A stretch of 45,321 bases of DNA. Source: Escherichia phage AV129. Position 1 is the stretch's first letter, and every line of letters starts with the position of its first letter. Below are positions 26,398 to 35,650 of this stretch, one piece after another. Where the stretch lies: sequence record OR352959.1. One strand, 5' to 3'. The position numbers and the translations under genes are program-made. The notes beneath the pieces were generated by a model. The model saw only the letters and a program-made list of their open reading frames with translations, was not told where the DNA came from and did no database searches.

Positions 26398-27820
26398 CGC
26401 TTAAGTCCTCGTCAGTAGCTTCAGACCACGCAGGGCGCGGGTCGTCGATGGGTGCTAATACCGGTTTGGCCGGTGCGCGCGTGATTTTATCACACAGCTT
26501 CGCCCACACTTTCGGTTTCTCATCCTTCAATACCTTCTCGGCATCCGTAGGACTGAGCAATGTTTCTTTGTACATCACGTCGCGTTTGATCCGGGCCTTC
26601 GTGAAGATTTCAATCACTTCGCTCTCGTCCGCCCACTTGCGATTCCCTTCCTTACCGGCAACCATCTTGAGGCCCAGCGATTCACCATCACCCGCCATGA
26701 CCGCCTTGAATACCGCGGACTCGATAGCCTTGATGTGCTGGCGCATTGCGTCTAAACCTTCATATGCCTTGCGCAGTTCTGCGGCGGTCATAGCGCCTGG
26801 GGCCGCTTCTTTCTTACCACGCTTCGCGCGTCGTGCCGCTTTGCGGGCTTCGCGGGCCATATTGCGGTCGTGATTGGCGCATTCTTCCTCTGTCGCAATA
26901 CTCACGTCGTCGCCCAGGTCTTCGTCTGTTGCCGTTGGCGGGGCCATCGTGTCGATTGCAGCCTTAGCGCGGGCGCTACACTGATCCGCAAATCGGCACC
27001 ACTGACACGCATCAACGCTCGGTCGGAAGTCGGCACGGGTGAGTCCTTTCTTACCGCGGGCATACGCTTCCAGGGCGGCGATAGCACGCTTGGACGCAAA
27101 CTTCGCGAATATCTCCAGGGCTTCTACCGAAATATCCCACTCAGACGCCCCGCCACAATACGGCTGGAAGATAACCAGGCGCACGGTCGTGATGTCGTAC
27201 ATGGATTGCAGCTTGCGCAGCAGGCCGAGCGCATACAACATAAGCTGTTTGTTTTCTTTCGCCTCGACCTTATGTCGCCCAGTCTTCAGGTCTCCAACAA
27301 TCAGCATGTACGTGCCGTCGGTCTTCTTCATGACCATGACCATATCGGCAGTGCCGAACGTCTTAACCCTGTTGCCGTCGATCTCGAAGCCAGAGTGTAG
27401 GACGCGGGTAAGATCGGCGCGCATCTCAAGCTGGACAAACTCCGCCACTTCGAGGAGCGGGCGCCAGTGGTCGATGTATGCGTCGCACTGTTTCACCATA
27501 TCGTCGTTGACCAGTACGCCGCCTTTCGGCGCTTTCGGGTGTGCCTTTACTGGCCCCTTACCTTCGTTCTCGACGTAGCACCCTTTGTAAGTCTTCGCGG
27601 TTATCAGCTTCTCACCGGCAATGATGCGGTTGAGCACGACTTCAGATACGGTGTGCATACTCGTACCGTTAATCGCCGCTTGCCCGGATTCGTTCGGGAT
27701 ACCTTGTTCTACCACCAGGGCGGCTGGGCAACCCATCCATTTTTTAGCACCGGATGGGCCGAGTAATGAATGCTCCGTGTTGCTACCGGATTGCGTTTTA
27801 CGTTTTGGTTTAATCGCCAT
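26390..27820 (-). CDS. PD-(D/E)xK exonuclease (DUF2800 / Cas4-like)
   Basis: 476-aa protein with C-terminal Cys cluster CQWCRFADQC and internal nuclease-like D...E.K segments. Confidence 0.6.
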   Translation of the reverse strand: MAIKPKRKTQSGSNTEHSLLGPSGAKKWMGCPAALVVEQGIPNESGQAAINGTSMHTVSEVVLNRIIAGEKLITAKTYKGCYVENEGKGPVKAHPKAPKGGVLVNDDMVKQCDAYIDHWRPLLEVAEFVQLEMRADLTRVLHSGFEIDGNRVKTFGTADMVMVMKKTDGTYMLIVGDLKTGRHKVEAKENKQLMLYALGLLRKLQSMYDITTVRLVIFQPYCGGASEWDISVEALEIFAKFASKRAIAALEAYARGKKGLTRADFRPSVDACQWCRFADQCSARAKAAIDTMAPPTATDEDLGDDVSIATEEECANHDRNMAREARKAARRAKRGKKEAAPGAMTAAELRKAYEGLDAMRQHIKAIESAVFKAVMAGDGESLGLKMVAGKEGNRKWADESEVIEIFTKARIKRDVMYKETLLSPTDAEKVLKDEKPKVWAKLCDKITRAPAKPVLAPIDDPRPAWSEATDEDLSDE

Positions 27821-28008
27821 TATTCCACCCTTGAAAATTGAGCAATGTAATAGTCGTGTTTAACATTGGCCCGCTTCGCGGCTTCGTTCATGGTCGATGC
27901 CAGTTCTCGGGCTTGCGTCCAGCAGCAATTCCAGTTTTGATTCATAACAATTTCTGGTTGCTCGTCGCCGGTGATACGGCAACGAAATAAAACAAAGAAT
28001 ATAGCCAT
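27820..28008 (-). CDS. hypothetical protein
   Basis: 62-aa ORF in the operon. Confidence 0.3.
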   Translation of the reverse strand: MAIFFVLFRCRITGDEQPEIVMNQNWNCCWTQARELASTMNEAAKRANVKHDYYIAQFSRVE

Positions 28009-28260
28009 TTATTTTGTCTCCCAGCGGTCGATTGTTTTTGCTTCGGATGCAACAGCGAAGCGAACAAATTCCAGATTGGAATCCGCCCAAATATAAAAGT
28101 CGGGATTAATAAAGGTGGTGCGCTTAATTTGCGCGGGGGTATTGCGGCGTTTGTCTATTACGGCAACGCGTGACTGAAAATTGCCGATGCGTTCGAATAG
28201 CCAATAATATGGGCGCTGGTCGCGTGAGTCCACCGCCTCGATTAGCGTGAAGCGTGCCAT
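28009..28260 (-). CDS. hypothetical protein
   Basis: 83-aa ORF with protein-like composition. Confidence 0.35.
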   Translation of the reverse strand: MARFTLIEAVDSRDQRPYYWLFERIGNFQSRVAVIDKRRNTPAQIKRTTFINPDFYIWADSNLEFVRFAVASEAKTIDRWETK

Positions 28261-28280
28261 TGTCTCGTCCTCTAAAAAGA

Positions 28281-28300
28281 GGCCCGCTAATCTGCGGGCC
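28281..28300 (-). terminator. minus-strand intrinsic terminator
   Basis: GGCCCGC-taatct-GCGGGCC hairpin with a T-run on the minus strand. Confidence 0.55.
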
Positions 28301-28308
28301 GGAATATA

Positions 28309-28737
28309 TTAGTCTTCCAGTTCGAAATAGGTTTCGACGATTTCTTTTAGCTCTTTGTGGAAGTCTTCGACGTCGTCATCTTCCAGCTTGGCGATTGATT
28401 TGATCTCGAACGATTCCAGCAGGTCGTCGAATTCGTCGTTCGCATCGTCGTCGTCACCACCGGCAATAATCGCGGCATACTGTTTGATCTCGTCGCGCAT
28501 CTCTGCCAGCGGATCGGCATCTTTCTTACCTTTGCCTTTCGCCGGTGCTTTTTTAGCTTTAGCCGGTTTTTCGTCTTCGGCTTCATCGTCGCCATCTTCG
28601 ACAACTTCTTTTTTGGCCTTAGACGGCTTCTTGTCGTCCTGCTTACCAACGGCAGCGCCAACGGTTTCATAATGCTTTGCGATGGTTTCCAGTGCTACTA
28701 CGCCGCGAGTGATCAGGTTTACGATTTGCTCAAACAT
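28309..28737 (-). CDS. highly acidic early protein (possible host-takeover / DNA mimic)
   Basis: Start MFEQIV (ATG at 28737) with GGAGA RBS; Lys-rich linker then Asp/Glu-rich C-terminus; first gene of the leftward early transcript. Confidence 0.4.
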   Translation of the reverse strand: MFEQIVNLITRGVVALETIAKHYETVGAAVGKQDDKKPSKAKKEVVEDGDDEAEDEKPAKAKKAPAKGKGKKDADPLAEMRDEIKQYAAIIAGGDDDDANDEFDDLLESFEIKSIAKLEDDDVEDFHKELKEIVETYFELED

Positions 28738-29078
28738 GGTATATCTCCGATTGGTTAAGTTTAGGTGTCGGCAGTTAACTTCGTCGGTGGCCTTAACATA
28801 TTGCCAGGTTACGCGTTCTCCCGTTCGGGTAGTGGACCTGGTTATATAATCACGGTTGGGAATCCTGACACTTCGATCCGGCCCCTGCGTTGCCCCTCTC
28901 CAGTTTGCGTCCTGCATCCTGTCGACGGGGTGAATAATAGATTGGTTGCAGGATGGGTGTCAACAACTAATTTCAAAAAAAAGCGCCGAGGCAAAATGCG
29001 ACGGCGCTAACCAATAAGAGACAATGAGACGGGAATTATTATTACACGCGTGCGCGCCCGTTTCAATATCCAAAGGAT

Positions 29079-29127
29079 TTGACACCTTGCGGTTTTAGGT
29101 GTAGTTTCGTTGGTCATTAACCAACTG
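29079..29127 (+). promoter_or_regulatory. sigma70-like early promoter with overlapping palindromic operator
   Basis: TTGACA, 17-nt spacer, TAGTTT, then inverted repeat GTTGGT-n-ACCAAC just upstream of the HTH regulator gene. Confidence 0.4.
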
Positions 29128-29138
29128 AGGGCAGAGCA

Positions 29139-29468
29139 ATGAATGTAAACGACGCAATCGAAATGTTAACGAAGACTGTTAGCAGTGAAACAAGCCGGTC
29201 ATGGGCTTATACCGATGCCGTGGGGGCGGTGTTATTTGAAATCGAACGACTGCGGCTTACCGAAAAAGAATTGCGCGCGAAGCTGGAATTACTCAACGGT
29301 ACGGCAGCCAGCAAGCTGCAAAAGCACAATGAAGAAATGGAAGAATACAAAAAGCAGGTTATCCGTTTGCGCAATGAGGGAAAGTCATGGGCAATGATCG
29401 CCGAGTTGACCGGAATTAATCAGAGCACAGTGCGCTCCTGGGTACGCAATAATAAAACTTCAAAGTAA
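29139..29468 (+). CDS. HTH DNA-binding regulator
   Basis: C-terminal GKSWAMIAELTGINQSTVRSWV helix-turn-helix; first gene of the rightward early operon. Confidence 0.55.
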   Translation: MNVNDAIEMLTKTVSSETSRSWAYTDAVGAVLFEIERLRLTEKELRAKLELLNGTAASKLQKHNEEMEEYKKQVIRLRNEGKSWAMIAELTGINQSTVRSWVRNNKTSK

Positions 29469-29478
29469 GGCAACGGCA

Positions 29479-31743
29479 ATGAGCTTGATTAAATTCGCTG
29501 TAACACGACCCGCTAAAAAAGGCGAAAAAGCCAGGGCGGAAAACTTCCAGATGACTACCGAAGAGTTTTTCGAATTTATCAAAGATGCGAAAGAAATCTC
29601 CTCGGTGCATATCAACAAGACGGAAGATAAAGCCGAGTATGCGCGCCGCAAGCGTAAGGCCGATGGTATCGTGGCTTATACCAGTGATGGGCTGCGCCGC
29701 AAGACCAGTGCCGTGGACCGTTCGATCCTGTTCTTCGATATCGACCGTACCGACACCCGCACCCTGCGCCGCTGCCGTAAGGCGTTCATCGACGCGGGAC
29801 TGGAGCACGTCTTCCACACCACAACCGGCGACCGCCACCCGCTGAAAGGCGGCACGCGTTGCGCTCGTTTCCTGGTGCTCACTGACAAGCCTGTACCGGC
29901 AGAAGACCTGGGCCGCGTCCAGTATGCACTATTACACCAACTGGGTCTGTCAGATGTGGACTTCGACGATTGTACTAAAGACACAAACCGCCTTATGTAC
30001 CTGCCACACCAGCAGTCTGTTATTAAATGCCATTACGGCAAACGTGCCCGCGTCCGTCGTCTGCTTCGCCTGGCGGATAAGCTGGGAGTGGAAAAAGAGG
30101 AAGTACGCCGCGAACTAACCCAGGGCGATGACGGCGTGGCGGACGGTATTCTGGATTGGTGCTTCCAGGCAGGATTCGAACCGCTGTCGTCCGGTCGTGG
30201 CTATGAAGTGCCATGCCCGAACGAACACCTGCACAGTGGTGAAGGGTCCACCGCTATCATGGTTAAGGATGGCGAGATCCGTTTCAAGTGTATGCACACC
30301 GGCAACGAGTGCTGTTCCGAACTGAACAGACACCAGCACCTGGCGCTACGTCTTATCGGGATCCCGGACCACTTGAACGTCGAACCGCACAACATGTCAC
30401 GTAAGCAAATCGCCGCCATCCTTCCGGGACTGGACGATGAGGAAGTGGAATCGTGCTATGCGCATATCGTTGACGCGGTTGGCGACGGCGAAGAATATGG
30501 CGTGTGCACCGATGCGGATCTGGATAACGAGCCGGTTGCGCTGTTCAGTAAGCACGACCCGATCATCGAGGGGTTGATTAACTTTAAATCGACCTGGTAT
30601 ATGGCGGGCGAGTCGAACATCGGTAAATCGTTCTACGTGCTGGGGCAAATGGGCGCTGTTGCCGCCGGTATTCCGTTCGGTGGTGCGAAGGTTGTCCAGT
30701 CGCATTGCTTCTATTTCGATGCGGAAGGTGGCGAAGCCTCCAACCAGCGTAAGGAAGCATTGCAGATCAAATATGAGCACGACCTCGACAAGCTGCACAT
30801 TATCGACCTGCAATCACGCGGCTGGGATATCACCAGCAAGTCAGGATTGCGTGAAGTTATCAGCTTCATCAACCGCACCGCTAACGGCGAACCGGTTGGC
30901 CTGGTGGCGTTCGACTCACTCAACCAGACTGTTGCGTTGCGGTCCGCCGATGCTAAACCGTTCGACGAGAACAACGCCAGCGATATGGGCGAAGTGGTCA
31001 AAGCGCTGAAGGCCATCGCGGAAAATACAGGCGGCAGTGCGGGAGTCATCCACCACCCGGCGAAAGGTGCAAACGGCAGCAGATCCCCCCGCGGGTCCGG
31101 CGCGCTGCATGGTGCTGTTGATTCGGCGTTCTTCCTTGAGCAACCGGACGACAACCAACCAGGCCAATTGAACCTGTATCACGAAAAGGCACGTAACGGC
31201 ATCAAGCAAGCGCCGCGCGGATTCGTCCTGCTCAAGTGCAAGGTTAAGGTGGATCTCCGCAAGTCCGAGGCGTTCGAAGCCCACCAGTCCACCAGCACCG
31301 GGCCGGACTTCGGCGATGTGGTTGCCGGTTGGGACGTCAAGCCAATTGCATCCACGCCACGCGACGAGACTCTTTACCTCGTACCGGTCGCCCTGGCACC
31401 GTTCGCCATTGAGCAGGCGAAGTCCGCGGGCAAAGCAGCAGTTAAAGAAGAGAACACTGCCGGACCGCGCAACGAAAAAGAGAAAGTGCTTTATGCGGCA
31501 CTGGAAAAACTGATGGAAGATAACCCGGACCATACCGGATTCAGTAAATCGGCAATTGTCCGCCAGGCTGGATTGGCAAAAGGAGGAACATCGACGAAGG
31601 CAATCGACGATATGGTCGAGCGCGGAGTGTTAGGTTTTTATACCGATCCGCACACCGGGGCCATCTATGGGTCGTCGAATATCGTCATAAAAACGAATAT
31701 ACCCATCACGCTTTCGGCGACCGACGACGACTTAAAAGATTAA
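29479..31743 (+). CDS. DNA primase-polymerase / helicase
   Basis: N-terminal prim-pol-like region (FFDIDRTD) and RecA-like NTPase with Walker A GESNIGKS. Confidence 0.8.
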   Translation: MSLIKFAVTRPAKKGEKARAENFQMTTEEFFEFIKDAKEISSVHINKTEDKAEYARRKRKADGIVAYTSDGLRRKTSAVDRSILFFDIDRTDTRTLRRCRKAFIDAGLEHVFHTTTGDRHPLKGGTRCARFLVLTDKPVPAEDLGRVQYALLHQLGLSDVDFDDCTKDTNRLMYLPHQQSVIKCHYGKRARVRRLLRLADKLGVEKEEVRRELTQGDDGVADGILDWCFQAGFEPLSSGRGYEVPCPNEHLHSGEGSTAIMVKDGEIRFKCMHTGNECCSELNRHQHLALRLIGIPDHLNVEPHNMSRKQIAAILPGLDDEEVESCYAHIVDAVGDGEEYGVCTDADLDNEPVALFSKHDPIIEGLINFKSTWYMAGESNIGKSFYVLGQMGAVAAGIPFGGAKVVQSHCFYFDAEGGEASNQRKEALQIKYEHDLDKLHIIDLQSRGWDITSKSGLREVISFINRTANGEPVGLVAFDSLNQTVALRSADAKPFDENNASDMGEVVKALKAIAENTGGSAGVIHHPAKGANGSRSPRGSGALHGAVDSAFFLEQPDDNQPGQLNLYHEKARNGIKQAPRGFVLLKCKVKVDLRKSEAFEAHQSTSTGPDFGDVVAGWDVKPIASTPRDETLYLVPVALAPFAIEQAKSAGKAAVKEENTAGPRNEKEKVLYAALEKLMEDNPDHTGFSKSAIVRQAGLAKGGTSTKAIDDMVERGVLGFYTDPHTGAIYGSSNIVIKTNIPITLSATDDDLKD

Positions 31744-32275
31744 ATTTTGCGCGCATTGGTTGCCGATATGGGAATTCCCATATCGCTAAAAGATTAATTT
31801 GTGCGCGCATTGGTTGCCATTTTGAGTGTTTTTATCTGGTCGTATTGGTTGCCGTGTAGCGTAGACGCAATGAATAGTTATGCAGATTTCGTGCATAAAC
31901 CAAACGGGACAGAAAGCGGGACAAACAAGGGGCGGGACAAAACGGGACAGCACCCCCGTCCCGCCCCGGATGGCGCGGCCTGGAGAGGCGCGGGACAAGC
32001 GGGACAAACCCCAGTCTTTCAGACTAGACGGGGGTCAACGGCCCCCCTCGTCTGAGACTGCATAAAATCCGGGATTGCAAAATACACGGCAGCATGTTGC
32101 GGATTGCGGTCGTCACTGGACTAGGCAACCAATGCGAGTTGCTGAATGGTGGGTAGAAAATGCAGTTTGCAGTTGCAGCAGATAGCGATCAACTTTTTCA
32201 TGCGCGTGATTAATATTGGTTGCATTCACCCCGGCACCTTGCTATATTGGTTGCGCACCAACAGGAGGGCGGAAC
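31744..32275. repeat. repeat-rich ori-like intergenic region (contains copy 2 of the iteron/hairpin element)
   Basis: 532 bp non-coding: 22-nt direct repeat x2, 22-bp perfect palindrome at 31764-31785, GGGACA iterons and long hairpin at 31893-32060, several TTGGTTGC boxes. Confidence 0.55.
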
Positions 32276-32455
32276 ATGAAAACCGAAATGGTTAACAAGC
32301 GCGAAATCAAGATCGGCGATACGGTAGTCCACAACGGGGAGCTTCGCACTGTGTGCAAGCGAGCGTTTAGCATTGATGAATTTATGGGCCTGCTACTTTG
32401 GGGCGACAGCTATCGTTTAGGGTGTAAACTGGTTGAGAGGGTTACGGAACTATGA
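32276..32455 (+). CDS. hypothetical protein
   Basis: ATG at 32276 preceded by AGGAGGG; 59 aa. Confidence 0.35.
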   Translation: MKTEMVNKREIKIGDTVVHNGELRTVCKRAFSIDEFMGLLLWGDSYRLGCKLVERVTEL

Positions 32456-32778
32456 AAGCGATTATCTGGAATTACGCAATGGCTATGGCGGCGGCACAAG
32501 AAGCGGCGGAGTTCGCCGGTGAGGGAGCGGAAGCGGTCGAAAGACTATCGGCAGCGTGGTCCGTTGTTCGCATCACGCAGCAGGCCATCGCCTGTATGCT
32601 TGAGCGCCGCTTCGACACTATGGCGGAGATACAGCCGTTGGCGAACGCCATCCAGGACTACGCGCTCGCATTTGCCCGTGAGCGCCTGGCGTATCGCTTC
32701 GGGATCGGCGAGACGGCAGTGACAAACGTCGCCCGGATTAAAGCACAGCGCGAACTATTCGCCCAGCTTGCGAAATAA
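32452..32778 (+). CDS. hypothetical protein
   Basis: 108-aa ORF with overlapping stop/start. Confidence 0.4.
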   Translation: MKAIIWNYAMAMAAAQEAAEFAGEGAEAVERLSAAWSVVRITQQAIACMLERRFDTMAEIQPLANAIQDYALAFARERLAYRFGIGETAVTNVARIKAQRELFAQLAK

Positions 32779-32787
32779 GAGGCCAAA

Positions 32788-33057
32788 ATGAGCCGTAGAC
32801 GCGCAAAACAGCTTTCGTGGCATATTCCCCTGCATTGCATACGAATATGGGCTAAGAATGCGGTTGAGGGCGAATCTGTATTCTGGAGCTATCGCGACGA
32901 CGTTAAGCCGTTGACGCAGACTCGCTACTTGCACCAGTTCGCAGCACAACACGATTTCAGGGTGCGGACCTCCTTGCAACCAATGGGGATCCGTATTACC
33001 TTACGCCGGAAGCCCGCCGTTGAGCGGGTAGGCAAACACTGGAGGCTGAGCAAATGA
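32788..33057 (+). CDS. hypothetical protein
   Basis: 89-aa ORF. Confidence 0.3.
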   Translation: MSRRRAKQLSWHIPLHCIRIWAKNAVEGESVFWSYRDDVKPLTQTRYLHQFAAQHDFRVRTSLQPMGIRITLRRKPAVERVGKHWRLSK

Positions 33058-33202
33058 CACCAATGCAAAGAGCGCTAATGGCTGGATTCTCGCAGAAGTT
33101 TATTTCAGTAGACGCCTGCATAGCTGATTATGAGATGGACGGCATCGCTACGGTATGCGATGGCGACACGAAGACTATCGACGAGCTTGAGGAGACAGAG
33201 CA

Positions 33203-33757
33203 ATGAAATTACTATTCCGCCGTAAAGCTGACGGGCGCATCCTGAAGCCGATACAGACCCTGGCCGCATACGTGCGCCTACACCACGCCGCAAGCGATCG
33301 TGTCTGGTGGGCGAAGCAAGACAAGCTGCCGGCAAACTTTGACGTACTCACTCACGATATTGAGCGCGGCGATGTGCTGCGTGATATCCGCGACGGTAGT
33401 ATGTGGATCGTGGAGCACACCCACCAGCACGGCTTGCGGTTGAAGTCCGGAATCTTGCTAAAGGGTATGACGTACTTCGGGCTAATCAACTACGAGCGAG
33501 TGGGCCGCAAATACAGCCTCCGCAAACGCCAGCCGCATGAGCGCGTCGAGTTCCGCAAGTCGCAGCCCGCGTATGCCACCTACGACGCGAGCAAAGTGAT
33601 GGAGCCGATCCGCCATGCCACGCGTGAGATAGTCAATCGCTTTGATGCCGTGACGAATGCACAGCGCCATGCGCAGGAATACGGCGTTGGATTCATCCGT
33701 GTCGAACAGGACGGCAGCATGAAGGCCATCGACCCGCGCTCGGTGATTCTGAAATGA
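33203..33757 (+). CDS. hypothetical protein
   Basis: 184-aa ORF. Confidence 0.4.
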   Translation: MKLLFRRKADGRILKPIQTLAAYVRLHHAASDRVWWAKQDKLPANFDVLTHDIERGDVLRDIRDGSMWIVEHTHQHGLRLKSGILLKGMTYFGLINYERVGRKYSLRKRQPHERVEFRKSQPAYATYDASKVMEPIRHATREIVNRFDAVTNAQRHAQEYGVGFIRVEQDGSMKAIDPRSVILK

Positions 33758-33878
33758 GTGCGTCTATCCGTGATATGCTGATGCACAACCGCTTTGAGAT
33801 AGGCGGTCGGGTATTTCGCAATTACTTCGTGGCGCGTGCCTGGGCGCGCCATATTGGCAAACCAGAAGGGGCAATACG

Positions 33879-34166
33879 ATGCTACACGATTTGATATATT
33901 GGTTTGGGTTGGCCTGCGGGCTATGCCTTATCACTGCGTCGCTTGGCGTAATATGGGTATTCCTGGTATGGCCCGCGGTGGAAGCTGCCAGCATTACCCG
34001 CATGACGTTCCAGATATACAAGCGCCGCGGAATCACAGAGCACCCGACCAGGTTGCGAATGTGGTGGCTATGGTATCGGGATATGATAGGGGGCAGGATG
34101 TTCGAGGCCGTCCGATCGGAAGGGTGGGAGTGGAAAGGCGTCGGCAAGTGGTCCATTTTCGATTAA
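33879..34166 (+). CDS. membrane protein
   Basis: N-terminal hydrophobic segments (WFGLACGLCLITASLGVIWVFLVW). Confidence 0.35.
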   Translation: MLHDLIYWFGLACGLCLITASLGVIWVFLVWPAVEAASITRMTFQIYKRRGITEHPTRLRMWWLWYRDMIGGRMFEAVRSEGWEWKGVGKWSIFD

Positions 34167-34218
34167 TTATGCAAGCGTGATATAGTCCCAGTGAGCTAAA
34201 ACTTACTGGGACTTTTTT

Positions 34219-34509
34219 ATGGATAAGCTAAACGAGTGGTTATTTGCCATCGCGTGTCTGGCTGGCGGCTTCGTAGGCGCACGCATTCACGGCGAAGCTG
34301 CGAAAGGGCCGCTAAACTTCGTTTTATATATCGTAGTTGGCTTCCTGTGTGCCATATTTGGTGCGCCAGCTATCGCCGAATGGGCGGGCTTATCGGGCGA
34401 GCGCACTGTCGCCGGTTTGGGCTTCGTAACCGCAATCTTCTGGATGCCAATAGCCGCCCGGATCAGGGAGACTATTGAGTCGTTCCGACTTCCGGGGGGC
34501 GCAAAATGA
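34219..34509 (+). CDS. holin-like membrane protein
   Basis: 96-aa protein with multiple hydrophobic segments and charged C-terminus, directly upstream of the endolysin. Confidence 0.5.
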   Translation: MDKLNEWLFAIACLAGGFVGARIHGEAAKGPLNFVLYIVVGFLCAIFGAPAIAEWAGLSGERTVAGLGFVTAIFWMPIAARIRETIESFRLPGGAK

Positions 34510-34751
34510 TTATCTCCGTCCTGTTGTTTGTTATCATAGGGGCTTCGTCCCTGTTTAACGTGTATGCGCCGTCCGTCCGGGATGGCTTCTTCGGTCGGGT
34601 GTTATATCTGCTAACGGCGATGATCTGCGTTATCGGATTGTTGCAAACAGGAGACGTATCTGACACCACCTGGACCGCGTTAATCTGGCTGTTTGCATTG
34701 CGCACGCTGCGTAATGCTGTTTTGAATGGGGTAAAACATGCGATTCAGTGA
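34506..34751 (+). CDS. holin/antiholin-like membrane protein
   Basis: 81-aa protein with two hydrophobic segments, overlapping the neighbouring genes. Confidence 0.45.
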   Translation: MIISVLLFVIIGASSLFNVYAPSVRDGFFGRVLYLLTAMICVIGLLQTGDVSDTTWTALIWLFALRTLRNAVLNGVKHAIQ

Positions 34752-35229
34752 CAACGGTCTACGATTTACGGCAGCATGGGAGACTTTCAGCCCAGTGCCG
34801 TATTTCGCGACTAAGAAAGAGCAGGCCCGCGGCCTGTACACCTGGGGCTATGGGCACACCGGCACTAACCCGCCGCGGAGCATTACCCGTGCGGAAGCAC
34901 TGGAGCTACTCAAGCGCGACGTGGTGTATGCCGAGAACTGGGTGAACAAGTACGCACATCCGAGCATTAACCAGGCGCAATTCGACGCGCTGGTGGACCT
35001 GGTTATCAATGCCGGTCCGGGTCCGATCATGCCGGACGACGTAGCCGGTGACTTCGACGATGCGATCCGCCTGGGTGACTGGGCGAAGGTCCGTGCTACT
35101 CTGCCACAGTTCCGCAAGCAAGGCGGGGAAGTGCTGAAAGGGCTGGTCCGCCGAGCAATCGGCAGACAAGCGCTATTTGATGGTAAGCAGTGGGACGTTG
35201 CCGAGCGAATCGGGCGTAACGCAGCATAA
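34738..35229 (+). CDS. endolysin (phage lysozyme-type glycoside hydrolase)
   Basis: Catalytic-region pattern FTAAWETFS ... GLYTWGYGHTG typical of T4/lambda-type lysozymes. Confidence 0.8.
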   Translation: MRFSDNGLRFTAAWETFSPVPYFATKKEQARGLYTWGYGHTGTNPPRSITRAEALELLKRDVVYAENWVNKYAHPSINQAQFDALVDLVINAGPGPIMPDDVAGDFDDAIRLGDWAKVRATLPQFRKQGGEVLKGLVRRAIGRQALFDGKQWDVAERIGRNAA

Positions 35230-35245
35230 TACGGGGAAACACAGT

Positions 35246-35413
35246 ATGTTAAAAAGTATTCTTGATCATAACGCCGACGCGCTCGCCGCGCTGGCTAAAA
35301 CCGAAGACCCAGGCGCACGCGCCATTATCGCGGACACTATCAGTCATGCTGGCGTCTTTGACGCGAAGCTGCCGAGTCCGCCACCGCCGGAAGAACCAGG
35401 CCCAGCGGCCTAA
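35246..35413 (+). CDS. hypothetical protein
   Basis: 55-aa ORF after the endolysin, Pro-rich C-terminus. Confidence 0.3.
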   Translation: MLKSILDHNADALAALAKTEDPGARAIIADTISHAGVFDAKLPSPPPPEEPGPAA

Positions 35414-35416
35414 ACA

Positions 35417-35446
35417 CGAAGCCCGGTTAATTCCGGGCTTTTTATT
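35417..35446 (+). terminator. rho-independent terminator
   Basis: GCCCGG-ttaatt-CCGGGC hairpin followed by a T-run. Confidence 0.7.
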
Positions 35447-35650
35447 GCTTGACTTGCAACCAACATAGACGCCATACTGCGACCAATCAACAAGAGGAGT
35501 ATTACACTATGGCACGTAATGATATTTGGGTATTGGCAATCTGGTCCGCCGCGGGATTTATCGGTATGGTTATTTGCGAATTGCTATAACCCGCCGCAAT
35601 AGGGACCGTGGTATATTGTCCCCGGTCCCATAATCAGGAAGTGGATTAAT

